Assembly: GCA_964645405.1 (NCBI GenBank)
Contig: CAZYCA010000044.1
Location: 78,503-142,502, forward strand
From: an uncultured bacterium
GTDB lineage: Bacteria > Ratteibacteria > UBA8468 > B48-G9 > DSTR01
Direction: 5' to 3'
DNA: 64,000 nt
The notes under the pieces are model-generated. The model ran no database searches, was not told the origin of the DNA, and was given only the letters and a program-made list of their open reading frames with translations. Positions 1 through 7,223 of this stretch are shown here, in pieces. Within the stretch, counting starts at the first letter, position 1. Every line of letters starts with the position of its first letter. A program made the translations under genes and the position numbers.

Positions 1-129
1 TCTATCAAAAATGGAGTAAAAAAGGTTCATATCATTGGGGGGAACCTTTCTCATTCCCTGCTGCTGGAAATTTTTACCAACCAGGGTATTGGTACGGAGA
101 TTGTTGCTGAGGAAGGAGTGGAAAAATGA
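1..129 (+). CDS. argB: 3' fragment of acetylglutamate kinase (ArgB), C-terminal ~42 aa; the gene starts upstream of the window
   Basis: Frame 1 reads [42 protein letters not shown], an ArgB-like C-terminus. It lies directly upstream of argD-argF. Its stop (127-129) overlaps the argD ATG (126-128). Confidence 0.5.
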   Translation, partial: SIKNGVKKVHIIGGNLSHSLLLEIFTNQGIGTEIVAEEGVEK

Positions 130-1313
130 CCGGGGAGGAAATAAAAAGTCTTTATCAGCAGTTTGTAGTTGGTTGTTACAGGCGGGATGATGTTGTTTTA
201 GTGAAAGGACAGGGTAGCATAGTAAAAGATATGGATGGGAAAACGTATCTTGATTTCTTCCCTGGTTGGGCGGTTTCGGGGCTGGGACATTGTCCGGCAG
301 AAGTGGTAAGAGCCTTGAAAAAACAGGCAAGCCTTCTCATGCATGTTTCCAACAATTACTACCATCCCTGGCAGGCGCTGTTAGCCCGGCGAATTTCCCG
401 GCTTTCCTTTGGTGGTAAAGTTTTCTTCTGTAACAGCGGAGCTGAAGCCAACGAAGCAGCAATTAAACTCTGTCGTCTTTATGGCCGGGAGAAAGGACGA
501 TACAAAATTATTTCCATGGAAAACTCCTTTCATGGAAGAACTTTAGCTACAGTAACCCTGACCGGACAGGTGAAATACAGCCAGCCTTTTCATCCTCTGC
601 CGGAGGGGTTTGTGCAGGTACCTTTTAATGACCTGGATGCTGTGGAGAAAAATATTGACGAAGAAACAGTGGCTGTTTTTCTGGAATTGATTCAGGGTGA
701 AGGTGGAATTAATGTGGCGGAGAAAGATTACATCTCCGGGCTTGTTAAGTTGTGCCAGAAATCTGGTTTGTTGCTGGTTGTGGACGAGGTCCAGACTGGT
801 TTTGGCCGGACAGGCAGGATGTTTGCCTACCAGCATTATGACTTTCTTCCGGACATTATGACCCTGGCTAAGACCATGGGAGGTGGTTTTCCTGTTGCGG
901 CCATGGTTGCCAGAGGAGACCTGGCGGATTTAATGGTACCAGGGACTCATGCTTCCACCTTTGGCGGCAGTCCGTTAGCCTGTAGCAGCGGCCTGGCTGT
1001 CCTTGATTTGATAGAGAAAAAAAATTTAGTCCTGCGGGCAAGAAATATGGGGCAGTATCTGCAAGAGAGGTTAAATCTTTTAAGAAAGAAATATCCGGCG
1101 ATTACTCAGATACGGGGTTTAGGTTTAATGCTGGGACTGCAGCTGGATAGACCTGGTTCTGATCTGGTGAAGATTTGCCGGGAAAAAGGTCTTCTTGTTA
1201 ATTGTACCCACGAAAGTGTTATCCGGATTATGCCAGCGCTGACTGTGAAACGTTCTGAAATCCAGCAGGGGCTGAAGATTCTGGAGGAGAGTCTGCAGTT
1301 GTTTTTCCAGTAA
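126..1313 (+). CDS. argD: Acetylornithine aminotransferase (class III PLP aminotransferase)
   Basis: 395 aa. Carries the class-III aminotransferase motif [11 protein letters not shown] and the PLP-lysine region [10 protein letters not shown]. Sits between the argB tail and argF. Confidence 0.85.
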   Translation: MTGEEIKSLYQQFVVGCYRRDDVVLVKGQGSIVKDMDGKTYLDFFPGWAVSGLGHCPAEVVRALKKQASLLMHVSNNYYHPWQALLARRISRLSFGGKVFFCNSGAEANEAAIKLCRLYGREKGRYKIISMENSFHGRTLATVTLTGQVKYSQPFHPLPEGFVQVPFNDLDAVEKNIDEETVAVFLELIQGEGGINVAEKDYISGLVKLCQKSGLLLVVDEVQTGFGRTGRMFAYQHYDFLPDIMTLAKTMGGGFPVAAMVARGDLADLMVPGTHASTFGGSPLACSSGLAVLDLIEKKNLVLRARNMGQYLQERLNLLRKKYPAITQIRGLGLMLGLQLDRPGSDLVKICREKGLLVNCTHESVIRIMPALTVKRSEIQQGLKILEESLQLFFQ

Positions 1314-1315
1314 GG

Positions 1316-2254
1316 GTGCTGGCTTGCGGACAGGAGCGGGAAATTAAAAGAAAACGAGATTTTTTAGAGGTCACTGATTTAACCAGAGAAGAGGTTCTTT
1401 CCCTTTTTGATAGAGCCAGGTACTTCAAAAAAGAGAGGGGAAAAAATTCCTTTTCTTTTTTAAAAGGAAAGCACATTGGTTTGCTTTTCTGTAAACCTTC
1501 CACGCGCACAAGAGTTTCTTTTGAGGTAGCGATTTTAGAGCTGGGCGGGACACCTCTTTACCTCTCCGGACAATCAACTCAAATTTCCCGGGGGGAAAGC
1601 GTAAAGGATACGGCCTGTGTTCTCTCGCGTTATCTGCACGGGTTGGTGGTGCGAACATTTGCCCAGAAAGAAGTGGAAAACTATGCCCGGTGGTTCAACC
1701 ATCCTGTAATCAATGCTCTGACTGATTCTTCTCATCCCTGTCAGGCTTTATCCGATTACTTTACTATCCTGGAGAAGAAAAGAAGTCTGGAGAATTTAAT
1801 TCTTGCTTATATCGGTCATCCCAACAATGTCTGTAATTCTCTGGTTTTAATGGCAGACATTTTAGGAGTTTATATCCGGGTGTGTAGTCCCAAAGAGTAT
1901 CCCCTCTCTGAAGAAGTGCGCAGAAGAATGAAACATCCAGAATTACTGATGACTGGTTCTGACCCGGAAAACATTATCTCCGGAGCAGATGTTATCTATA
2001 CCGATACCTGGGTGAGCATGGGAGATGAGGGGAAAGAAAAAGAAAGGCTGGCTATTTTTCAGAAATACCAGGTAAACGAAAGTATTCTTTCTCTTGGCAA
2101 AAAAGAAGTTTTTTTCATGCACTGCCTGCCGGCGCACCGGGGCCAGGAAGTTACCGACAGTATTATTGACGGGCAAAATTCTATTGTTTTTGACCAGGCG
2201 GAGAATCGTCTCCACTGTCAGAAGGCCTTACTGGAATTTCTGTATGCCGGGTGA
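1316..2254 (+). CDS. argF: Ornithine carbamoyltransferase
   Basis: Carbamoyl-phosphate binding motif STRTR, ornithine-binding HCLPAHRGQEV, N-terminus KRDFLEVTDLTREEV. The start appears to be GTG at 1316, 2 nt after the argD stop. Confidence 0.85.
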   Translation: MLACGQEREIKRKRDFLEVTDLTREEVLSLFDRARYFKKERGKNSFSFLKGKHIGLLFCKPSTRTRVSFEVAILELGGTPLYLSGQSTQISRGESVKDTACVLSRYLHGLVVRTFAQKEVENYARWFNHPVINALTDSSHPCQALSDYFTILEKKRSLENLILAYIGHPNNVCNSLVLMADILGVYIRVCSPKEYPLSEEVRRRMKHPELLMTGSDPENIISGADVIYTDTWVSMGDEGKEKERLAIFQKYQVNESILSLGKKEVFFMHCLPAHRGQEVTDSIIDGQNSIVFDQAENRLHCQKALLEFLYAG

Positions 2255-3263
2255 GGAAAAGCCAATCCTTCTTAGAATAGAGAAGACAAGGGAATTCCTG
2301 GAAAAAAAAAGATGTACTGGTTGTCTGGTTTGTGGCTCGGCTAACATTTCCTGGCTGGTTGGTCTACCCCATACAGAAGGTCTACTTCTTCTGACAGGAA
2401 AAGAAGCGTATCTGTTTGTTTCTCCCCTGTGCAACCAGTCTCATCTGCATCAGAAAAAACTTCCTGTAGAACTGATTACTGAAGAGAAAAAATTTCGGGT
2501 TCTGGTGAACTGTTGCCGGAAAGTGGGGTATCTGGCACCAGAAATAACTGTGGAAAGACTGGCACACTGGAAGCGGCGGTTTACCTGCACATTTTTAGCC
2601 TGGCCTGATTTCATACTTAATCTACGTGCCGTGAAGGATTCTCTGGAACTGAAACTTTTGCGAAAAGCCAGAGTTATTGCCAGAAAGATTCTGAAGGAAA
2701 TCGTTACCAGGTATGTACGGTCCGGAGTGGAAGAGGTGGAACTGGCAGAAGAGATAAGGCACCTGGCTTATGTCTATGGGGCTACTGGTATTAGTTTCCC
2801 GCCTATTGTGGCCTCTGGTCCGAACAGTGCTTATCCACATCACCGGCCAGAAAGAAGGAAACTTAACGAAGGTGAAGCTCTCATCATTGATTTAGGTGTA
2901 GAATATGAGGGTTACCATAGTGATTTAACGGAAACAGTTTTTGCTGGGAAAAAATCCCCTGATCTGGAGTGTTTATATCAGGCTGTGGCAGAAGCGCAGA
3001 AAAAGTGTCTGGAAAAAATCAGGACAGGGCTTTCCGGTCAGGAAATTCATCAACTGGCTGCTTCTTATTTCCATGAGAAAGGACTGGCCAAGTATTTTGT
3101 TCACGGCCTGGGTCACGGACTTGGTCTGCAGGTTCATGAAAAACCAGTCTTAAACAGTCGTAGCAAAGACCTGTTACAGCCAGGTATGGTTGTTACTGTG
3201 GAGCCCGGGTTATATCTACCCGGTAGCGGAGGGGTAAGGCTGGAGGAAATGGTTTTTTTATAA
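2244..3263 (+). CDS. M24B-family Xaa-Pro aminopeptidase/dipeptidase (creatinase-like N-domain + pita-bread domain)
   Basis: Motifs HGLGHGLGLQVHE and VEPGLY, with metal ligands D...D...H...E...E in order. The ORF-track start (2094) lies inside argF. The ATG at 2244 overlaps the argF stop (2252-2254) and is the more plausible start. Confidence 0.7.
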   Translation: MPGEEKPILLRIEKTREFLEKKRCTGCLVCGSANISWLVGLPHTEGLLLLTGKEAYLFVSPLCNQSHLHQKKLPVELITEEKKFRVLVNCCRKVGYLAPEITVERLAHWKRRFTCTFLAWPDFILNLRAVKDSLELKLLRKARVIARKILKEIVTRYVRSGVEEVELAEEIRHLAYVYGATGISFPPIVASGPNSAYPHHRPERRKLNEGEALIIDLGVEYEGYHSDLTETVFAGKKSPDLECLYQAVAEAQKKCLEKIRTGLSGQEIHQLAASYFHEKGLAKYFVHGLGHGLGLQVHEKPVLNSRSKDLLQPGMVVTVEPGLYLPGSGGVRLEEMVFL

Positions 3264-3312
3264 AAAGCACACCAACAATTTTTTCCCACCGTATTCAGGA
3301 TTCACAGGCAAC

Positions 3313-3370
3313 TTGACAGAGGTAGCCGGTGTGTTTTATAATGATTCAATAAATGATTTGAATTCAATGC
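3313..3370 (+). promoter_or_regulatory. Near-consensus sigma70 promoter (TTGACA 3313-3318, 18-nt spacer, TATAAT 3337-3342) overlapped by Fur/PerR-box-like AATGATTYGAAT repeats and the palindrome TTGAATTCAA
   Basis: Read directly from the sequence: cTTGACAgaggtagccggtgtgtttTATAATgattcaataaatgatttgaattcaatg. It sits immediately upstream of the Fur-family gene, so an autoregulated operator is likely. Confidence 0.55.
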
Positions 3371-3408
3371 TGAAACTTATACATAGACGGAAAAATGAAG
3401 GATTTGAA

Positions 3409-3825
3409 ATGAACAAAGGTCAGATTATAGGAAAACTGGAAGGGAAGGGAATTCAGGCATCGTACCAGAGGATAAAAATACTGGAATATCTGATGAAAAA
3501 TAGAATTCATCCGACTGCTGATGATATCTACAAGGCTTTAAGAAATGAGATACCGACGCTTTCTAAAACGACGGTTTATAATACGCTAAAGACTTTGTTA
3601 GAAAAAAGAATTATTTTTATAGTTACAACAGAAGAGGATGAATTAAGGTATGACTGTGCTGGGGAGAACCATCTACATTTTAAGTGCAGGAGGTGCGGAG
3701 CTTTATATGATGTGTTTCATAAATGTGAGATTTTGAAACGCAGGGAGATACAAGGACATCTAATAGAAGAAAGCCACATATACCTTATCGGGGTATGTAA
3801 AAAATGCAGAAAGGAAAGTGCTTGA
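3409..3825 (+). CDS. perR: Fur-family transcriptional regulator, probably the peroxide sensor PerR
   Basis: 139 aa from the ATG at 3409 (RBS AAGGA 9 nt upstream). Winged-helix N-terminus, HxH metal site (HLHFKC), two CxxC pairs (CRRCG...CKKC). Heads an operon of peroxide/superoxide detoxification genes. The ORF-track start at 3313 coincides with the -35 box and is too long. Confidence 0.75.
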   Translation: MNKGQIIGKLEGKGIQASYQRIKILEYLMKNRIHPTADDIYKALRNEIPTLSKTTVYNTLKTLLEKRIIFIVTTEEDELRYDCAGENHLHFKCRRCGALYDVFHKCEILKRREIQGHLIEESHIYLIGVCKKCRKESA

Positions 3826-3841
3826 TTTAAGGAGGTGATTA

Positions 3842-4003
3842 ATGGATAGGTACATTTGTAAAGTGTGCGGATATGTGTACGACCCGGAGAAGGGAGACCC
3901 GGAAAACGGGGTGGCACCAGGTACAAGTTTTGAAAAACTTCCTGAGAAGTGGGTATGTCCTATCTGCGGGGCTGGAAAGAACATGTTTGAAAGGGAAGGT
4001 TAA
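3842..4003 (+). CDS. rub: Rubredoxin (53 aa). Absent from the supplied ORF track because it is under 60 aa
   Basis: Translates to [53 protein letters not shown], with the canonical CxxCG...CPxCG rubredoxin knuckles. RBS GGAGG 8 nt upstream. Confidence 0.85.
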   Translation: MDRYICKVCGYVYDPEKGDPENGVAPGTSFEKLPEKWVCPICGAGKNMFEREG

Positions 4004-4039
4004 AGGGATGACATGACCTAAAAAAGATGGGGGAAGACA

Positions 4040-4516
4040 ATGCCTGCAATTCTGGACATTCAAGATGTTTTGCAGTTTGCAGTAAAGATCGAGGAAAACG
4101 GAGAAAAATTCTACCGGACGGTAGCCCGGGCAATACGGGAGAAGGAAGTGGGAAAGCTGTTTAATTTTCTGGCAGAAGAAGAAGTACGACACGGAAAAAT
4201 TTTTGCGGAAATGCTGGAGAAAACAGGAAAACACCAAGTTCCTGAGACATATCCGGGTGAGTACTTCCAGTATCTGAAGGCCTATGTAGAAAATTTGATA
4301 TTTTCTTCCACGATGGAGAAACAACTGACCAACAGGGATGGGTTAATGAAAATTATGGACTTTGCTATAAGCAGGGAGCTGGATTCTATCACGTATTACC
4401 TGGAGACAAAACCTTTGGTACCTGAAATACAGCATGAGATTCTGGGCAGAATCATAGAAGAGGAGAGGGACCATTTTGTCCGTCTTTCCATCATGAAAGA
4501 AAAGATGGGAAAATGA
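4040..4516 (+). CDS. Ferritin-like diiron protein of the rubrerythrin family (no rubredoxin domain)
   Basis: 158 aa with paired E...ExxH diiron motifs (EEEVRHG and EEERDHF). RBS GATGGGGG. Lies inside the PerR operon. Confidence 0.6.
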   Translation: MPAILDIQDVLQFAVKIEENGEKFYRTVARAIREKEVGKLFNFLAEEEVRHGKIFAEMLEKTGKHQVPETYPGEYFQYLKAYVENLIFSSTMEKQLTNRDGLMKIMDFAISRELDSITYYLETKPLVPEIQHEILGRIIEEERDHFVRLSIMKEKMGK

Positions 4517-4595
4517 AAGGCTGTTTCGGTCTGAAAGTTTTGAGATAAAGCAGAAGTATTACCGCGGTAATCAGTTAAACAAAAAAGGGGGGAAA

Positions 4596-5270
4596 ATGGA
4601 AGAAAAAGTAATGGCAAAGACAATGCCGCTTCTGGGGGATGACTTTCCGGAGATGAAGGTTCAGACCACGCAGGGAGTAATTGATTTACCCGGCCACTAC
4701 GCTGGGAAGTGGTTTGTTCTTTTCAGCCACCCGGCAGATTTTACACCTGTATGCACCACGGAATTTGTTGCTTTCCAGAAAAGATATGGGAAGTTCAAAG
4801 ATTTGAACTGTGAACTGATTGGGCTTAGTGTGGACCAGGTCTTTTCCCATATAAAGTGGGAAGAATGGATAAAGGAAAAGTTAGGAGTGGAGATTGAGTT
4901 TCCTATCATTGCAGATACCGGAGCGGTGGCAGAGACACTGGGTTTAATCCATCCGGGAAAGGGCAGCAATACTGTCCGGGCGGTCTTTGTAGTGGATGAG
5001 GCGGGTAAAATCAGGATTATCCTTTACTATCCTCAGGAACTCGGCAGGAATATGGAGGAAATACTGCGGGCGGTGAAGGCAATGCAGATATCTGACAAAT
5101 ATGGAGTGGCAATGCCGGCTAACTGGCCTGACAATGAGGTGATAAAGGACCATGTAATAATCCCGCCGGCCAGGGATGTGAGAACAGCAAAAGAAAGGCT
5201 GGAAAAAGCCAGAAAAGGTGAGTGGGAATGTTTTGACTGGTGGTTATGCCATAAGAAACTGCAAAAGTAG
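4596..5270 (+). CDS. 1-Cys peroxiredoxin (Prx6 subfamily thiol peroxidase)
   Basis: Peroxidatic-Cys motif FTPVCTTE. Total length is 224 aa (a C-terminal extension is typical of Prx6). RBS AGGGGGG precedes the ATG. Confidence 0.85.
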   Translation: MEEKVMAKTMPLLGDDFPEMKVQTTQGVIDLPGHYAGKWFVLFSHPADFTPVCTTEFVAFQKRYGKFKDLNCELIGLSVDQVFSHIKWEEWIKEKLGVEIEFPIIADTGAVAETLGLIHPGKGSNTVRAVFVVDEAGKIRIILYYPQELGRNMEEILRAVKAMQISDKYGVAMPANWPDNEVIKDHVIIPPARDVRTAKERLEKARKGEWECFDWWLCHKKLQK

Positions 5271-5320
5271 AAAATCCTGACAAAAAAGAATTTCAATTTC
5301 ATAGGAAAGGAGGTGAGAAA

Positions 5321-5845
5321 ATGGTTTATCTATGGAGATGCGAAATTTGCGGAGACCCCTATATCGGGGAAACCCCTCCCAGCAATTGTCCCTTCTGTGG
5401 TGCCCACTCCAGATACATTAAGCTGGCAACGCTGGCAGAGGTGACATTTGATGTGAATCTGGAGCTGCAGGATAGAGAAAATGCTGAACGTGCTCTTTCA
5501 GTGGAGGTAAGCAATTCCGCGTTTTATTTCTGCGCTGCAGAAAAGACTGATGATGCCGAGGGTAAACTTCTTTTTAAGGCGCTGGGCAAGGTGGAGGCTG
5601 AGCATGCAGCAATATGGAGGAAGATATTAAAGCTGGAATCCGTGCCCCAAGGCAAGGAGGTTTGCTCAACAAAAAACAGGGAGAACCTCAAAGAATCTCA
5701 CCAGCGGGAAACAAAGGCGATTGAATTCTACAGAAAAGCTGCCGGAGAAGCAAAAAACGCACGGATAAAAGAGATATTTGAGGCTCTGGTAGAGATTGAA
5801 ACTGACCATTTATATCTTTCCGAGGAGAGGATGAAAAATGACTAA
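5321..5845 (+). CDS. 'Reverse' rubrerythrin: N-terminal rubredoxin-like Cys4 domain followed by a ferritin-like diiron domain
   Basis: N-terminus [23 protein letters not shown] (CxxC...CxxC), then a four-helix diiron region with EAEHAA and ETDH. RBS GGAAAGGAGGTG. Confidence 0.7.
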   Translation: MVYLWRCEICGDPYIGETPPSNCPFCGAHSRYIKLATLAEVTFDVNLELQDRENAERALSVEVSNSAFYFCAAEKTDDAEGKLLFKALGKVEAEHAAIWRKILKLESVPQGKEVCSTKNRENLKESHQRETKAIEFYRKAAGEAKNARIKEIFEALVEIETDHLYLSEERMKND

Positions 5846-6212
5846 AGTAAATCAAATTTACAGATGCAACGTATGCGGGAACATTGTGGTTGTTTTACAT
5901 GCGGGAGCAGGAGAGCTGGTTTGCTGTGGACAACCCATGGAATTACTTCCGGAAAAGACAGAAGATACAGGGAAAGAAAAACATGTGCCTGTGCTGGAGA
6001 AGACAGCTACCGGGATAAAAGTAAAAGTTGGTTCTGTCCCGCATCCCATGGAAGAAAAGCACCATATTGAATGGATTGAGATAATGGCTGACGGGTTCGT
6101 TGCCAGAAAATTCTTAAAGCCAGGGGACAAACCAGAGGCAGAGTTTGAGGTGCAGGCAGAAAACATTACCATTAGAGAATACTGCAATATCCACGGTTTG
6201 TGGAAGTCATAA
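5838..6212 (+). CDS. dfx: Desulfoferrodoxin (2Fe superoxide reductase)
   Basis: N-terminal desulforedoxin domain [12 protein letters not shown]...LVCCGQPM, then the SOR domain EKHVPV...H...CNIHGLW. It overlaps the preceding gene by 8 nt. Confidence 0.85.
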   Translation: MTKVNQIYRCNVCGNIVVVLHAGAGELVCCGQPMELLPEKTEDTGKEKHVPVLEKTATGIKVKVGSVPHPMEEKHHIEWIEIMADGFVARKFLKPGDKPEAEFEVQAENITIREYCNIHGLWKS

Positions 6213-6369
6213 GTTTTTTATGGCTTCAGTCCAGGCGTTGATAGGGGAATGGTTCTGAATACTGCCCGGTGTATTTCTTATCCTCTCCGGGTAAGGTTGC
6301 TTTACGGAAGGATGGTTAGGTGTTTAAATATCAGTAATAAAGGAAACTACCTCTAACTGGAGGTAAAAG

Positions 6370-7194
6370 ATGGGTTTTCCTACCACAGAGGTTGGTGGTG
6401 TTACTCTTTCCCGGCTGATTTGTGGTACAAACTGGTTTCTTGGTTATTCTCACACCAGTGCCGCGAAAGATAAGTTTATCAGGGAGTTATTTCCTACCCC
6501 GGAGAAAATAGCAGCAGTAATTGAAGTTTTTGGACATCACGGTATTAACGCGGTTATGGGTCCTGCCAGTCCTCTCCTGGCAGAAGCCATTAAGATTGCC
6601 TGCGACCGGGTAGGTAAAAAAATACATTATGTCTGTACTCCCCATTATGAAGTGGGCAAACTGGATACCTGGCAGCAGGCGATAGACACAGCCATAAACT
6701 ACCAGGCTACTTTCTGTTTTCCGCACCAGTGTATGACTGACCCCCAGATAGACCTTGTCAGAAGAAGCCTTTCTGAAGAACTGCAGTTATGTTTGCAGAT
6801 GGTCAGGCAGGCAGGAATGATTCCAGGATTGAGCAGCCATACACCTCAGGCAATAGTTTGTGCGGATGCCTGCGGTGCTGATGTGGAAAGTTATATCCAG
6901 CCATATAATGCAGCTGGTTTTCTCTGCCAGGTAGAAACAGACTGGATAAGAAAAATTATTCTTCAGGCAAAAAAACCAGTCATGACCATTAAACCTCTTG
7001 CTGCGGGTCGGATCCTACCTCCTACCGGGTTGACATTTGTCTGGAATAGTATCCGGCCATGTGATTTAGTAACGATTGGTGTTGTTTCCCCGTATGAGGC
7101 GGAAGAGTGTATTGAACTGAGTCTTGCCTGTCTGGAAAAGCGGCCGGCAGAGGTAGAACTTCAGTTTACCAGAAGTAAGAAATCTCTTGTCTGA
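6370..7194 (+). CDS. Hypothetical Cys-rich protein (12 Cys in 274 aa). No family confidently recognised; there is a weak resemblance to an aldo-keto-reductase-like TIM barrel
   Basis: Long ORF with an RBS (GGAGGTAAAAGATG). Lies 157 nt downstream of dfx on the same strand. Contains CADAC and scattered Cys/His. Confidence 0.4.
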   Translation: MGFPTTEVGGVTLSRLICGTNWFLGYSHTSAAKDKFIRELFPTPEKIAAVIEVFGHHGINAVMGPASPLLAEAIKIACDRVGKKIHYVCTPHYEVGKLDTWQQAIDTAINYQATFCFPHQCMTDPQIDLVRRSLSEELQLCLQMVRQAGMIPGLSSHTPQAIVCADACGADVESYIQPYNAAGFLCQVETDWIRKIILQAKKPVMTIKPLAAGRILPPTGLTFVWNSIRPCDLVTIGVVSPYEAEECIELSLACLEKRPAEVELQFTRSKKSLV

Positions 7195-7223
7195 AGAGTT
7201 AACCCCGGGAAAAGGGAATTGCC

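Noticed and set aside
2094-2243. 5' extension of the M24 peptidase ORF overlapping argF by 160 nt (MAKKKFFSCTACRR...)
   Set aside because: The extension is out-of-frame overlap with the well-supported argF C-terminus. The ATG at 2244 overlaps the argF stop by ATGCCGGGTGA-type coupling. The extension is low-complexity and Arg-rich.
3839-4324. 161-aa and 74-aa minus-strand ORFs spanning the rubredoxin / rubrerythrin region
   Set aside because: The plus strand encodes a textbook rubredoxin (CxxCG x2) and a ferritin-like protein with RBSs. The minus-strand translations are low-complexity ([14 protein letters not shown]...).
6213-6330. Possible terminator hairpin (cccgg...ccggg) downstream of dfx
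   Set aside because: It has a 5-bp stem with a 17-nt loop and no U-tract, so it is not a credible rho-independent terminator.
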